Positions 36,285-48,758 of a stretch of DNA of 54,863 nt are shown here, piece after piece. The stretch covers positions 1 to 54,863 of the forward strand of contig JAUCBJ010005428.1 of the NCBI GenBank assembly GCA_032718475.1, read 5' to 3'. Below the pieces are notes generated by a model. The model saw nothing but the letters and a program-made list of their open reading frames with translations. It did not search any database and was not told where the DNA came from. How positions within the stretch are numbered: the stretch's first letter is position 1; each line of letters opens with the position of its first letter. The DNA comes from Nemertoderma westbladi (Eukaryota; Animalia; Xenacoelomorpha). A program made the translations under genes and the position numbers.

Positions 36285-39200
36285 CTGAGAGACGAACATA
36301 GTTAATAAAAGGTCAAACACATACCGACATGCAGTGAATACTTTCACTTTTTCGGTATTTATTGCAAATCGATTAGTGTATTTGCTTCTAAGAGACGAAC
36401 ATAGTTAATAAAAGGTCAAAGACATGCCGACATGCAGCGAATACTTTCACTTTTTCTGTATTTATTGCAAATCGATTAGTGTATTTGCTTCTGGGAGACG
36501 AATACAGTTAATAAATGGTGAAACACATATCTCATTATTGAATGTTTGAAACTCGGAACATAGTAATCTCCATATTAATACCTGGCTTATTATTGTATAC
36601 TGATTTTAGTATAGTAGTGTTGAAGTTGTGTAGTAGTTATAGGTAATACTCGTAATATAATAAATGTTCAATATCAATCAGCTGCCTAATAAGGGCCAAT
36701 AAACAGTGGAACTAAGCGTATGACTGGATTTGTGGCTGCCATGCCGTAGAGAAAAATATGGTATAATTAAGGTGGAAATAATCTCTCAAAGAAAGAAAGA
36801 TGGCGAGAGCGCCTTTCTCAAGAAGATCATGAAATACAATCTGCAAGATTGGAAAAAGTTCGATCTCGAGCTTCTCAAAGGCGTTCACAGGAAGATGACA
36901 AAGAAAAATCTACAAGATTGTAAAAAGAGCTATCTCGAACCACTCAGTGACGTTCCCAAGAAGACGATGGAAGACGATCTGCTCGATTGTTAACACTGAG
37001 GACTAGAGCAGATGAAAGGCATTCTGAGGAAGATGATTCATTGAAGCTTGCCAATGCTAATCAGAGGCATACAAACTCCAAAATTCAACTGTTACCAATT
37101 GGTCATATGACTTGATATGTGGCACTTATCCAAAAAGTCGCACTTTTCATGACCACATTATGTGGTATAATGGAGCCTTCAAATTGACCAGCACCGGTAT
37201 GAAATTGGCTCCTGTCAAAGATTGTTTAGCCTAGCAGCCATCGATCCGCATCCAATGAACAGTGTACTACCGCCTAATCGGAAGCCTCCTACCTCAAATT
37301 GAGGAGAAGCCTTCTCATTTCTGTCCAGTTTTCTTTCTTGGAGGTGGTGAGAGAGAAGTCTCCCACCGACTAGCACGAGCTCCAGATAGTGTTGATCGTT
37401 CTATCATGGATTATCTCCAAAAAATGATGCATGATAACAATTCTTGTCACATCATTCAAAGCGGTTGTTTCTTTTCTCCATAATCAACATGATGAGAATG
37501 AATATCAGGTAGTCATTGATGCTGACAAGATGGCAGCCGATGGATATCCACAATATCGAAGGCATTCTCCAGAAGATGGGGACAGTTTGCTAACATTCAT
37601 GCTTGGAGGCGCGGTACCTATCTGGGAGTCGACATCGACAACCGTTTGGTTGTACCTTATAATCAAACTTTACTTAGACGATACAAAGCCCACATCAATC
37701 TGGACATCTGTGTCTCCATCCACTCAATCAAATATGTGGTGAGCTACATTCAGAAAGGCTGTGATATGGCTGTCTATGCAATCAAGAATCCCAAAGATGA
37801 CATTTCCCGTTATGAAGTCGGTCGTTATATAGGCCCTACTGAAGCAGTATGGCGAATCTTCGAATTTGACATACACTATCAATATCCGGCTGTAATTAGC
37901 TTGGCTGTACACCTTGAAAGAATGCAGCAAGTATACTTCCGGAGAGGTGAAGAAAATAGAGCTATTGAGAGTCCATGAGAAACTACATTGACATCATTTT
38001 TCCGCCTGTGTGAGAAGGATGCATTTGCAAAGACTTTTCTTTACAGTGAAGTTCCAAAATACTTCACATATGTCCAACAGCATGGATGGTTGAGGAGGGA
38101 ACAGGGAATCAATCACCCTACTGATTCTGGAATTGTATCAACAGGAAACATTGGGAGGATATACACAGTCAGTCCCAGACAGCGAGAAATGTTCTTCCTC
38201 AGGATGCTACTCAAATATGTTCGGTTCGTGGTCCAACATCATTTGATAATCTCAGGAACATAACCGGGTACCTGTACCACTTATGGGAAAGCCTGTCGAC
38301 GTATGGGATTAACGGCAGATGATGGAATTCTGGTATGAGTGAAGCCAGTGTTGTCAAGAAACCAAATGCCCTCAGGATCCTTCTTGGAGTGATCTTAGTA
38401 TGTGGTGACCTCTCTCACTTTGGATAAATCATAAACGATCTCTTTCTGAAGATATTTTATACAGAGTTCGACATGATCGAAGGAACCCTGATCTAGAACT
38501 CGATTTTGCTATTGAAAACGAGTGCATATCTGACCTTCAAAAAACCATCACCAGTATTGGAGGAAGTAGCTTGATAGAATATGGGCTCCCAGTGTACCTG
38601 ATCCTAGATCTCTGATTGAAGACGAATCATCAAGTTTGGTCACTGAGAATGATATTCGGATTCTTAACGAAGACCTCAATCATTTGACAGAGGAGCAGAG
38701 ATCGATATATGAAACCCGACACCATAATAGCAGCTATAGCAAACAATAGCGGGGTCATTTGCACAAAGAGTTTCCAAATTGCGTCCCCTGTAATTTCGCC
38801 ATTTTATAAGCCATAACTCAGCAGAAAATAACCAAAACCATATAAACCTTTCTATACTGTAGAGTGAATTTTTGCCCATTTTTACTCTATACTGTAGAGT
38901 GAATTTTTGCCCATTTTTACTCTATACTGTAGAGTGAATTTTTGCCCATTGTTTGGCATTGTTTTTAACCAATTTGACATACATTTCTATAGGATCACAA
39001 GCATGAAATGACATTTTATGCGATGTCCCATTCTATGTTTTTCATGAAATGACATTTTATGCGATGTCCCATTCTATGTTTTTGAGATACAAACAATCAT
39101 AACCAAATGTTAGTAAGAGATACTTCCAGTAAACTATATTTCGGCCAAAAGCTTATTTCGTGATCTACAATCCAGTACTAGTTTAAAATTTACTAAAAAA

Positions 39201-41359
39201 TACTACTTTAAAATTTCTTTTTGAAGCGATAAAAAAATGCTATAAATTCGTTTTTAGAAATTTTTTATGTGTTGTAACGCTCGTTTTTTTTTAAGGTAAC
39301 TTTTGAGTGTGAAATGTGTATGTGTCAAAGTAAGTATTTTCCGAAAAATAATTTTATTGGCTACCGTATATATACGATTGAATGCGAAACGATAAGTCTA
39401 ACAGAAGTTATGCCCAAAAGTTAACCAAGCAGTTTTTTTTACGTCATTGGAGATGTCCCCCTTGTAACGCCCTTATTTTCGCTCTAACTTTTCTTCTACA
39501 AATCGGATTTACTTAATTTAAAGTTTTTTTAGACCGTTTCTGTAGGCGCTATCTAATGATATACAAGGTCAAGCTTTCCCTTTTACCTAACGAGATTGCT
39601 AAACATGTCCCCAATTGTCCTGCACGTAACGGTATGTAACGCATTGTAACGCAGTCTCACTAAAAGATGAGAAAGCATGCACAGAAAGATGTAACGCTAC
39701 TAAACTGTCGTTACACCTTAGTTACAGATGAGACATGTCCATGTCCAAAACGTAACGCATTTTTAAACAAGGAAATTTATATGAGACAAAGCGTTACCGA
39801 CGAGTCATACGTTTTTCGTCCATAACTTTTTTTACTATTGGTAGAAAAAATGAACCACTATGAAATTTGAAATCAGCACGCTAAGTGCTTTCGAAATATG
39901 TATGATTTGATAGGGTTGGCAAAAAAAATGTTAACCTTGAATTTGGCAATTGATTTGTGCAAACGACCCAGCGGAGGTATCTTCTTTGTTGATGCTCCTG
40001 GTGGAACTGGGAAAATGATGCTGTTAAACACGATCATCAGATCCGTCCAATGCAATCAAACAGGAATCGAGTTGCCCGTTCAGGAATAGCCGCCACTTTA
40101 TTAGATGGTGGGAGGACTGCTCACAGTGGCTTCAAAATCCCTCTAAATGTAACTAAACTGGATGATGACTGACTTTGTTCATTCAAATCAAACTCACATG
40201 AGGCTGACAATTTAAAGAAAACTGCTATAATAGTTTGGTATGAAGAGATGGCTGTAGAGATGGTAGATTGCTCTCTCTCCGCCACTTACTTGAACAACCC
40301 CTCCGTCCCATGGGTGGGATAGTAACTGCATTTGCTGGGGATTTCTGGCAAGAATTCCTGTGATAATACATGGAACAAAAGCAAATACGCTTGACCATAG
40401 CCTCAAGAGCTCACCATTATTGTGGTCTTTGATGGTTAAGAAGAGTCTTACTAAAAACATGAGACTTCTTCTGGGTTAAGATACAGAAGCTGAAGAATAC
40501 CATCACTTCCCTTTGTCTATTGGTGAAGTGACCCATCCAATAAATGAGGCAGGGGATAGCTTTGCCAAGTGACATTGTATTCCCATAAGACTCCACATTA
40601 GAAGATGTTTACAACTTTATATATGGTTCTGTCCTCGATGATCGTTCAATTTTGACTCCACTAAATTCAACTGTCGATGAGATCAACTTATTCTACATCT
40701 ATAAGTTTCCTGGAGACCCGATTGAGTACCACTCCATTGATCACGCTGAAGATGAGAAGATACAAAATTTCCAGTTGAATTTCTGAACACTCTCACTCCA
40801 TCTGGTTTGCCTCCCCACCTCCTTATTCTCAAACCAGGAGTTCCAGTGATGATGACACGAAATCTCGACCCTCCTCGGTTGTGCAATGGAACCCGTCTAC
40901 TTATCACAGATCTCCATCCAAATGTAATCGAGGCTCGGATTGCAACAGGACCTCATAATGGAGAGGATGTTTTTATCCCGAGAATTCCACTCACGCCGTC
41001 AGATGGATCCTGCCCTATTAGATTTAAACGTTTACAATTCCCTTTGCGTCCAGCCAGGGCAATGACAATCAACAAGGCACAGTGATAAACTCCGAAGAAG
41101 TTTGTTGGTTATCATTTACTCATGGCCTGGCCAGCTACTTTATATGTTCTGCTTTCCCGGGTGACAACAGCCCATTGCACTATAAAACTGTTTTCGCCAA
41201 ACTCGGTAGCCAAAAATGTAGTATTCTATGAGATTTTTAAAATGTCTTGAAATTAAGTTGATATTTTTCTGAATTATTTATTTTGGTTTTATTTATAGTA
41301 ATAAAAGGAATTACATCAAAATTCATTATTAACTTGCTAGGCTTGCTAGTTATACTAGT
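36285..41359 (+). mobile_element. Decayed Helitron (Rep/PIF1 helicase pseudogene); boundaries approximate
   Basis: Fragments VVPYN..L..YKAHIN, RYIGPTEAVWRIFEFDIH, FVDAPGGTGK (Walker A), PPHLLILKPGVPVMMTRNL...CNGTRL and QFPLRPARAMTINKAQ, with many stops and frameshifts; CTAG candidate 3' ends at ~41340-41359. Confidence 0.88.
38752..39969. mobile_element. Non-autonomous TIR element with 4-bp TSD (Sola2-like?) inserted in the Helitron helicase
   Basis: TIR GGGTCATTTGCACAAA / TTTGTGCAAACGACCC; AGCG duplicated at 38748-38751 and 39970-39973. Removing it restores IANNSGGIFFVDAPGGTGK. Confidence 0.82.
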
Positions 41360-41485
41360 TGATACAATTAATACAAAATTGCACGAACAATATTATGAAT
41401 TAGTGACATTCAGTTATTATCAGGTGTTTCTTTCATGATTGGGAGTTTCCAACCTCATAAGATCCATCTTCAACCAGCATTGACA

Positions 41486-42524
41486 TTATAAATCGCTTAA
41501 ACTCTTTTCAGCCATAGCTATCGCCCCCTCGTACGTTTTATTCGCCCCAATGAAGCCGTTAGCGTGTACGAACACACAACCAGGAATCCCGCTAACTCCG
41601 CTCAATACATCATCACGCATTCCCCGCCAACCCTCGGGTAGAGAACGCCGGTTCTCGAAGGAATCAGAGTCGATGGGGACGCAAATAACCCCATAGGATC
41701 CCTCCTTATTCTGGAACACAATGTAAAGAAGCGGATCCATGACACCTAGAGATTTTTCCAACCCAAACAAATGGTCCCGCCAAGTGCAAAATCTCTCGAG
41801 GAAGATGATTCTCCCACTATTGTGTATCTCGAATCGGCGTTTTATCGCGAGTTCTACGAGACTTCTCGCGGGTAGCCAAACGTGTGCGAAATGATTGATA
41901 CGATCTATAAACTCACTCCCCACCAAATCCATCGCTTTAACGAATAATTCCGCCACTTCCTCTTCGCTTTTCTCGCAGTTCCAAGGAGGATTTAAGTAAC
42001 CAATCCTAGAACTAACTCCGCTATTAATGTTGTATCGGGATTCCCCATCGTGGGTTGATATACCGATAGCGTCGATCTATAGCGTCGATCTCTTGGATAA
42101 AACTTCGGTAGATTTTCACGAAAAGTTCCTCTGCTGTGGAATTGTCAACTAGAGTTTTTGAATCTCCGTGGGAATTATTTAAAACCTCGCGAATAACTGG
42201 AATACCGAAATGGTAATAAACCAGTCCGGCACTAGATAGCTTGGTGGTAAATTCGTAGACGGGGTTTAGGGAGTTGAGTGAGTGGTTGAATCCGCGTTGG
42301 TGGTGGTCGAATCGGTCGGACTCCGGGTCGTAGACCCCACCCACATCTACGACTACGTCGCAGTCATTTAGCACATCTTTATCCCGACTACGGATTATTC
42401 GCGCGTCTTTATACTTCGGCAATAAACGCAACATGAAACAGGCGAGCGCTTCGTCGCAATGGAATGTACCACTGTGTGTTCCGATTTTAGGTGCCCCTGT
42501 GCAAATGCGTTTAATAGCCGACAT
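41486..42524 (-). pseudogene. MYG1: MYG1 exonuclease, intronless, with one frameshift at ~42066-42091 (pseudogene, null allele or assembly error)
   Basis: IGTHSGTFHCDEAL, DVGG, FDHHQ, KLSSAGL and EIDAID, then after the shift GISTHDG..RY...LNPPWN, WRGMRD and GCVFVHANGFIG. Confidence 0.9.
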
Positions 42525-44049
42525 GGTTATTGGCTTATAAAGTTGAGTTACTGGTACAATACAGACAGCTGTACTTTGTGTGGCCTACACTGTCAAACTG
42601 GTACTGCTGTTGAGATAATAAAGGACGTATTATTATTATTACAGTCAGACAGTACTACAGTACTAGTATTAATACTGCTCTGTAGGGGAGCGAGATCCAA
42701 GAGATCCTTCTTAGCGAGATCGGACAGTGAAAATGATGAGTCGTCAATGATGAATTTAAATTTCCCGCTATTAGGCAGGGTTCTTAACGAAGAAGAGCAG
42801 CCCTATTTTTAACGAACCTGGCTCAACTAGATCTATCTCATTAAACACATGTCTGCTCTTGGGACGTTGGGTGATTTAGTGGCACTAGTTAAGAGCTTCG
42901 GTGTTGTATTACAAAGTCGCCCATAATGTGAAGAATACCAGGTTTTCACTTTTCGATCTTTTGACATTTTATATATGAAAAGTTTTTTTTTTAGTTTTTA
43001 TTTTTATTATTACGTTTGGTGTTAGACACGAAAGTAAGCGAGCTTAGCATACAGGTACCACTAACTCAATCGGTGTGCCTGTCGTTCTGTCGTGTCCAAT
43101 TTTAAACATTAATAACTCGACCAATCCTCTATGAAATCTAACCAAACTTGGTACACATGTTGTTTGGAAAAAGTTTATAAATTGTCCAAGTTGAATTTGC
43201 GTGTGACCTTCGTGAAGCTAAGATAAAAGCAGTTAATTTGTTTATTAAGTTGATTACGATAAAGAAACAGCATTTTTCTGCCAGTCCTTTAATGGAAATT
43301 AATTATTTTCTAATATAAGATATAAATAATTATATTTAAAAAGTATACAGCTGCAATCCCCATACCCCATTCCATCATAGTTTTTAAGAAATGTGTTTTT
43401 AATTGATCAAACGTAATCTGTCCACACCCTATACTTCCAGCTCCCCTATACCATGGAGTGCTTGCTATTGTCTAGCTGGGAACCAGTCCCACCTCACCAC
43501 AGTAGTAGCCAGACTAATAAGCCAGCTTGCATGTTGTTGATTGGCTGAGTATTTAATCGTAATTCTTTAGAACTAGTGACGGGCCTAGAATGCCCGATAA
43601 GGAACTGACCTTTTTTGTACCGGTTATGAATTTGAGTTCCTGAATTTAGAATAATAATTTCGTTGATGTGTTGACATGGTAAATTAATATTTCAGTGTCA
43701 ATACTATCGGCATAAGGTAAGTTTTAATATTTCCTACAAATTGGGTCGCCTCCACGCCTAAAATATATTTAATATATTTCTGTTAAAAAATAAATTTCCT
43801 GTTAATACCTGTCTTTCATAAATCCTCTGTGCGTTTGGGTTGGGGTGGTGCAGTTTAAGAGGGGGGTTGAAGGGGAGGAAACTTTCCCCGCGAAAAATCA
43901 GAGAGGGGTCTAAAAATGCCAGAAATGAAAATGGGGCGAAAAAATATAATAATGGGGGAATGATAGGGAGAGAGTGAAGAAGAAAATCGAAATAAACACA
44001 TATTTAATTGAATTAATGATAAAATGTTGCTTGGGAATAATTAACTGAC

Positions 44050-45121
44050 CTAATTCGAGCACGCCGGCGTTATGTTCGCGCAGGTTGTGTGATAGATACC
44101 ATCTCAAGCCGGAACTGTCAATCACTCCAGCTAGTCTATCTGGGTTGTTGTAATGAATCTGCAGAAACAGTAATTTTGGTGCGCCGCGTCCGCCTATAGG
44201 AAACCCCGCGTTGTCGGGGTAATAGAACATTCTAGAACCCATAGCCCATGGAGTTACTGTTTGTTTACACCGTTGTCTTAGCAACCGCTGGGAGTGATTG
44301 TGGCACGGCTCCGATAAGGTGCGACCACGGATTACTGACTCAGGTAGTCCGTCACAGAGATACGCCTCTATGTGGTGGGCCAGATTATGGTTGCTGGGCG
44401 ACGATGACAGCACCGCGTCATATGCTATTATCTGATGGGGAGCGTGTAATCTGGAAAGATCGTGTGTGACGCACCAGTAGGTTGTGACGTCACTAGGTAT
44501 GGTAACGTTGGCGACGCGAACGTCGTAGATTACGGTGTCTGGTGGTAGACGGTGCCGGTCGCAGCGCTCAAACAAATCGACACGCTTCAAACTTTTCCTC
44601 GAGATGGAATCTTTTACGTTCTTGTTGATGACGTCATCGGTTGTGATACACCTCCCATATAAAACATTGGTTGTTCCCTGTTCCAGAATTAAATCGTTTC
44701 CATCGTTAGTGTTCAACCCCCGTTGTATAATTATTGAGTGCTGATCTGCTGACTTTGTGACGATGTAGTTCTGTTCCTGGTCTTTACTGGCCAATCCTCT
44801 CCCGTCTATATACGCATCCACTATATGTGCTGAACCTGTCTCTATGGCAACCAAATCCGCATCCACCCATAGCCCTCTATCGGAGAACCCCAGAACTATA
44901 CATTGAGGTTGTTCTGCTGCAGCTCTCTCTGAATCTTTGTACGTTTTTGGTTTCATTTGAACTTGTAAATGGATATCATCTCCGGATAATTTCCACTGTA
45001 ATATAATTTGGTTTTCTCTTTTACCCAGTACTGTTCCGCACCACTCATCATTGTCGTCTCCCTGCACCGATATTATTACCATCAGTATCAATGTAGCGAC
45101 TGTAGTTTTAATAGAGCACAT
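44050..45121 (-). CDS. DBH/TBH-like monooxygenase, exon 1 (signal peptide, DOMON, Cu2_monooxygenase N domain)
   Basis: Hydrophobic N-terminus, GFSDRG...ADLV, TTYWC, AHHI (CuH), WAMG, QIHYNNP, DSSG and AGVLELG; phase-1 donor GTCAGT. The three exons total 1680 nt (559 aa). Confidence 0.9.
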
Positions 45122-45798
45122 TACTATGATATATTTTGTTATATTACATTTAATATTTAAACTTTAAAAAAATTGATTTTTACGTGGTAATTCGAACAAT
45201 GTTTTTCTTAGAGATACTGTATCTTCCATTTATATAGTGAGAAAGCTTTTATAAATTAATTACTCATTCATATTTGATGATGACCTACCCATAAAAGTGT
45301 GCTTGTTATTGTTAATTGTTCTCATTCCCAATGGAGGTAGGCCTACTGAGTTTGTACTACTTAGTTCACTTCTTGTTAATCAAAAGTTACTCAGTATTAA
45401 TTTGATGATGCAGTTTTTATTTTGCTAAATTTACATTTTTTATAACTTTGAGGAAATGGATATATGAAGTATCACTGAGTACCGGTAAGTGAAGTAAAAG
45501 TTATTGTAGTTGTTGATTTCTACTTTGCTTTTGCTTACTTGGTACAATATGGCGCTGTTGCTCACTTTGTAGAGCGTTGGACTTGGAATTCGGGATACCG
45601 GGTTCAATCCCACATTTAGATGTTATATATTTTCTAATAAAATAATTATGTTTGTAAAATTGGTTTACTTGAAACTTGAAAGCATGATTCAGGTTGTTAG
45701 TAAGCCATTCAAGTAGGAGACAGTTCATGAGTTATTCGACACAGACCTTCGAGTGATTTCGCGTTTATATATACAATTCCATATTCTCATTTATTTAG

Positions 45799-45999
45799 GT
45801 GCCTTCCCAGAAGTCTGGTAGTTCGCTGATTAAACCGACTCGACCGACGCCAACGATCGGAGCCCGTCGACAGTTTCACAACATCCAGAACGTTCCGGTT
45901 AGCGGAAACCCCCGGGCTACATTCGGGAGCTACTCACAGAGCCACGGTACAATATCGGAGTCCAGTCTCGCTGCTCTCAGAGCCAATAACAGATATTGA
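45799..45999 (+). CDS. MAPK15: MAPK15 last coding exon (predicted)
   Basis: ATTTAG acceptor, phase 0; ...RATFGSYSQSHGTISESSLAAL resembles the MAPK15 C-terminal motif; TGA at 45999. Confidence 0.75.
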   Translation: MPSQKSGSSLIKPTRPTPTIGARRQFHNIQNVPVSGNPRATFGSYSQSHGTISESSLAALRANNRY

Positions 46000-48758
46000 G
46001 CTAACAGATCTTCCAAGGTGAGTGTTCAGTTCGTTCTCAATGTGAAAATCATTTGATTTATAAAGAACCATTTTTTATAGCACTGAAAAGTCATACTCTT
46101 CACTTCACGCAATCACAATGATATAAATAGTTATTCTTTATTTTAGGTTTATACACTGAAGCTCGCAATTACCACCGAGTTGAAGAAACTACATTGTTCT
46201 TCCCTTTTAATACTATCAAAGGTGCCTCAATTCTCTGACACAATCAATAATTATTGGCAGATATGAACTTTATTTAGTGCATTCCTACCTGTTGTTATCG
46301 AATTATTGTTAAAAGTTAAAACTTATGTGTTTTTATATGTAAATGTGTTGTTATTATCATTATTTAGCTTGAGTAGAGATTGTGTTCGTATTAAAGCACC
46401 ACTTTAATTTCCTAATTTCAGCGCGCAGAATTGCTTGCCTTTCTGTGGAAAGCACTTATCACTCCTTTCAGAAATACTGTTAACATTTCTGTCTCCACAA
46501 TTTTAATCAACAAAGAAATATTTCGCCTATAATTCTAGAACAGTTAAAACAGACGAGGGAATTGATAATGCTGCTACTGAATTTCAGCATTTCTGAAAAT
46601 GCCACCTAAGAATGTGGGGCGAGCCACCAAGCGCTCGCCTCATTTTTATAAATCTAAATTGGGAAATTTATTTTTTAAGCTTAATATAGGTAGCCTAGGC
46701 CTACTAACTAACTGTAAAGTGAATTAACGATAACGATATAGAGTGAATTCGTTTGTTAAAAAATGGAAAATTTGCGTTTTGATTTATACAGACTTCCAAC
46801 ACAGAATTCTGGAATATTTTATTTATTTCATAAATAGCTATGCATTAGTTATTAAATTAAATTGAATTAAATGCATTAAATATTCCCGAATTCTGAGTAT
46901 TTATAAAATAGAATACAAATAACACCCTGCATCTTTAATGAAGTGGCTTAGCTACATAAAAAAATGTGAAATTGTTAGATAAGTTTTTTGTTCAGTATCT
47001 TTTTGTGAGTAGACCATCCTGTGCGTATACAAATGACAAAAATAACATGAGACTCCAAAAAATCGATGATTAACACTTTAAATTTTATGTTTCTTTCCGT
47101 AGGGGTATTATTAACCTCGCCCCACCAGATTTTGCAACCTCAAAAACCCATGTTTCCAAGAAATCACACTTTATATGTATCATAAACTATTGTGGTTTTT
47201 AAACTAAAACAGAAAAATACTGTCCAAAAAGTTAAATAAAGAAGCCAAAATCTCTTTATGTGAAAAATCGTCGCTAACAGTGGCGGAATTTATTAATTTC
47301 CTTACAATGGAATTAGTTACCTTAATATGTGGGGCAATTTTTTATATTTTAAAAAACTGTGCGATTTACCGAGATATATTAAGCAATTATTGTGCGACAG
47401 GAGTGTAAATTTAATTAGTTTCTCAAAGAATTCCATCCTTATTCTCATCCACTCTTCTACCTTTTGTTTGGCTTGTATTGTATTATAGGGCATATTGTAC
47501 CAATTTCTCTTACAATTTTCATCGATAAATATGTGCGCCTAAACGTGTTCCACTATATTTTTGGAAGCATAGGATTTTTGTCAGTTTCATACGCAGAAAA
47601 GACTTAGAAAAAAACTTTTGTCATTTTTTTCGCTTTCGATTTAACAATTTTTGTAAAGGTATATTATTTAACTTACTAATATTAATAATAGCCCTAACTT
47701 TATTTCTGTGCTTGTTTATACTGTATTAGGTCTCTGCTGTGTCAAGTACAGTTGTAGCACTATAAATTGTGTTACAAATTTCTTTACGAACGGGTGAAGT
47801 GACTGAGTGCAAATAGAGATAAGAGCATCAAATTATTTAACGTACTCTGTTCAGTAGTTTTATTCCAAAATTGTAACATTACGAAACAGCGTTATTCATT
47901 ATTTATTTAAAAAGGTTAGTTATTTTTGGCAAATTTATTAAACGGTTGTTATATAGGCCTAGTCTAGAATCTAAAAGGTTTATCATTTGTACGTAATTTA
48001 AAATTTTTACTAAAATGTTTTTGTACTAAAATGTTTCTGCAGAGCCTATTAGAGTTGTATCTAGGCCTAAATATATTAAATATAATAAACAAATAATTTA
48101 TTATTAATTACACATGACGGCGTGTTATATTATTATCACAACGCGTTCTCAATTAATATAGTGACACTGTTAAGTAATGTTGATAATTTGGAATAAAAGT
48201 TATAGTATTTGTATCCAGCGGTATCCGCTGCGGTATTCATTTTGATTGAAGTTAAATATTATTCCACTGTAAATATTATGTAAATGTGATTATATAGGCC
48301 TACCTTACAATATTGCAACGGATATGTGCAACTTTTTGTGCACTTTGGTGCAACAGCATTTGTGGGCCTCATTTTCATTTTGAACATTTTTGGACGCATT
48401 GTGGACTTTGGAAGTCCATCAGTGGTGATGATAAACTTAACGAAATAAATTTCAACTAATTTTGATGATGGAGTGCACATCTCGACATATTATATCCGTT
48501 GGACTATCAGCCTTTATGGAGTGCCGCTTTGGTGCCATGGTTTTATATTTTATGTACAAATAATAGTTTTTCAAGATTTTTGTTATATTTTTACTTTATA
48601 TTGTATGTTGGTTTATGTTATAATATTCATATTCATATGGTCACCGCACGTCATAACAATACATTAAATGTAATATCATTGGACGAATTAATTTTCCGTT
48701 TCGAGCCGGGCAGCGACGGTTGCATTACTATTGACGTGTATGAGAAACGCTGCGTTAA

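Noticed and set aside
43910-44049. Hydrophobic C-terminal tail of the 403-aa ORF as a transmembrane anchor
   Set aside because: It is read-through into intron 1 past the donor at 44049.
45570-45620. tRNA-like sequence (also 49627-49700)
   Set aside because: A/B-box-like motifs are present but there is no convincing cloverleaf; treated as SINE heads.
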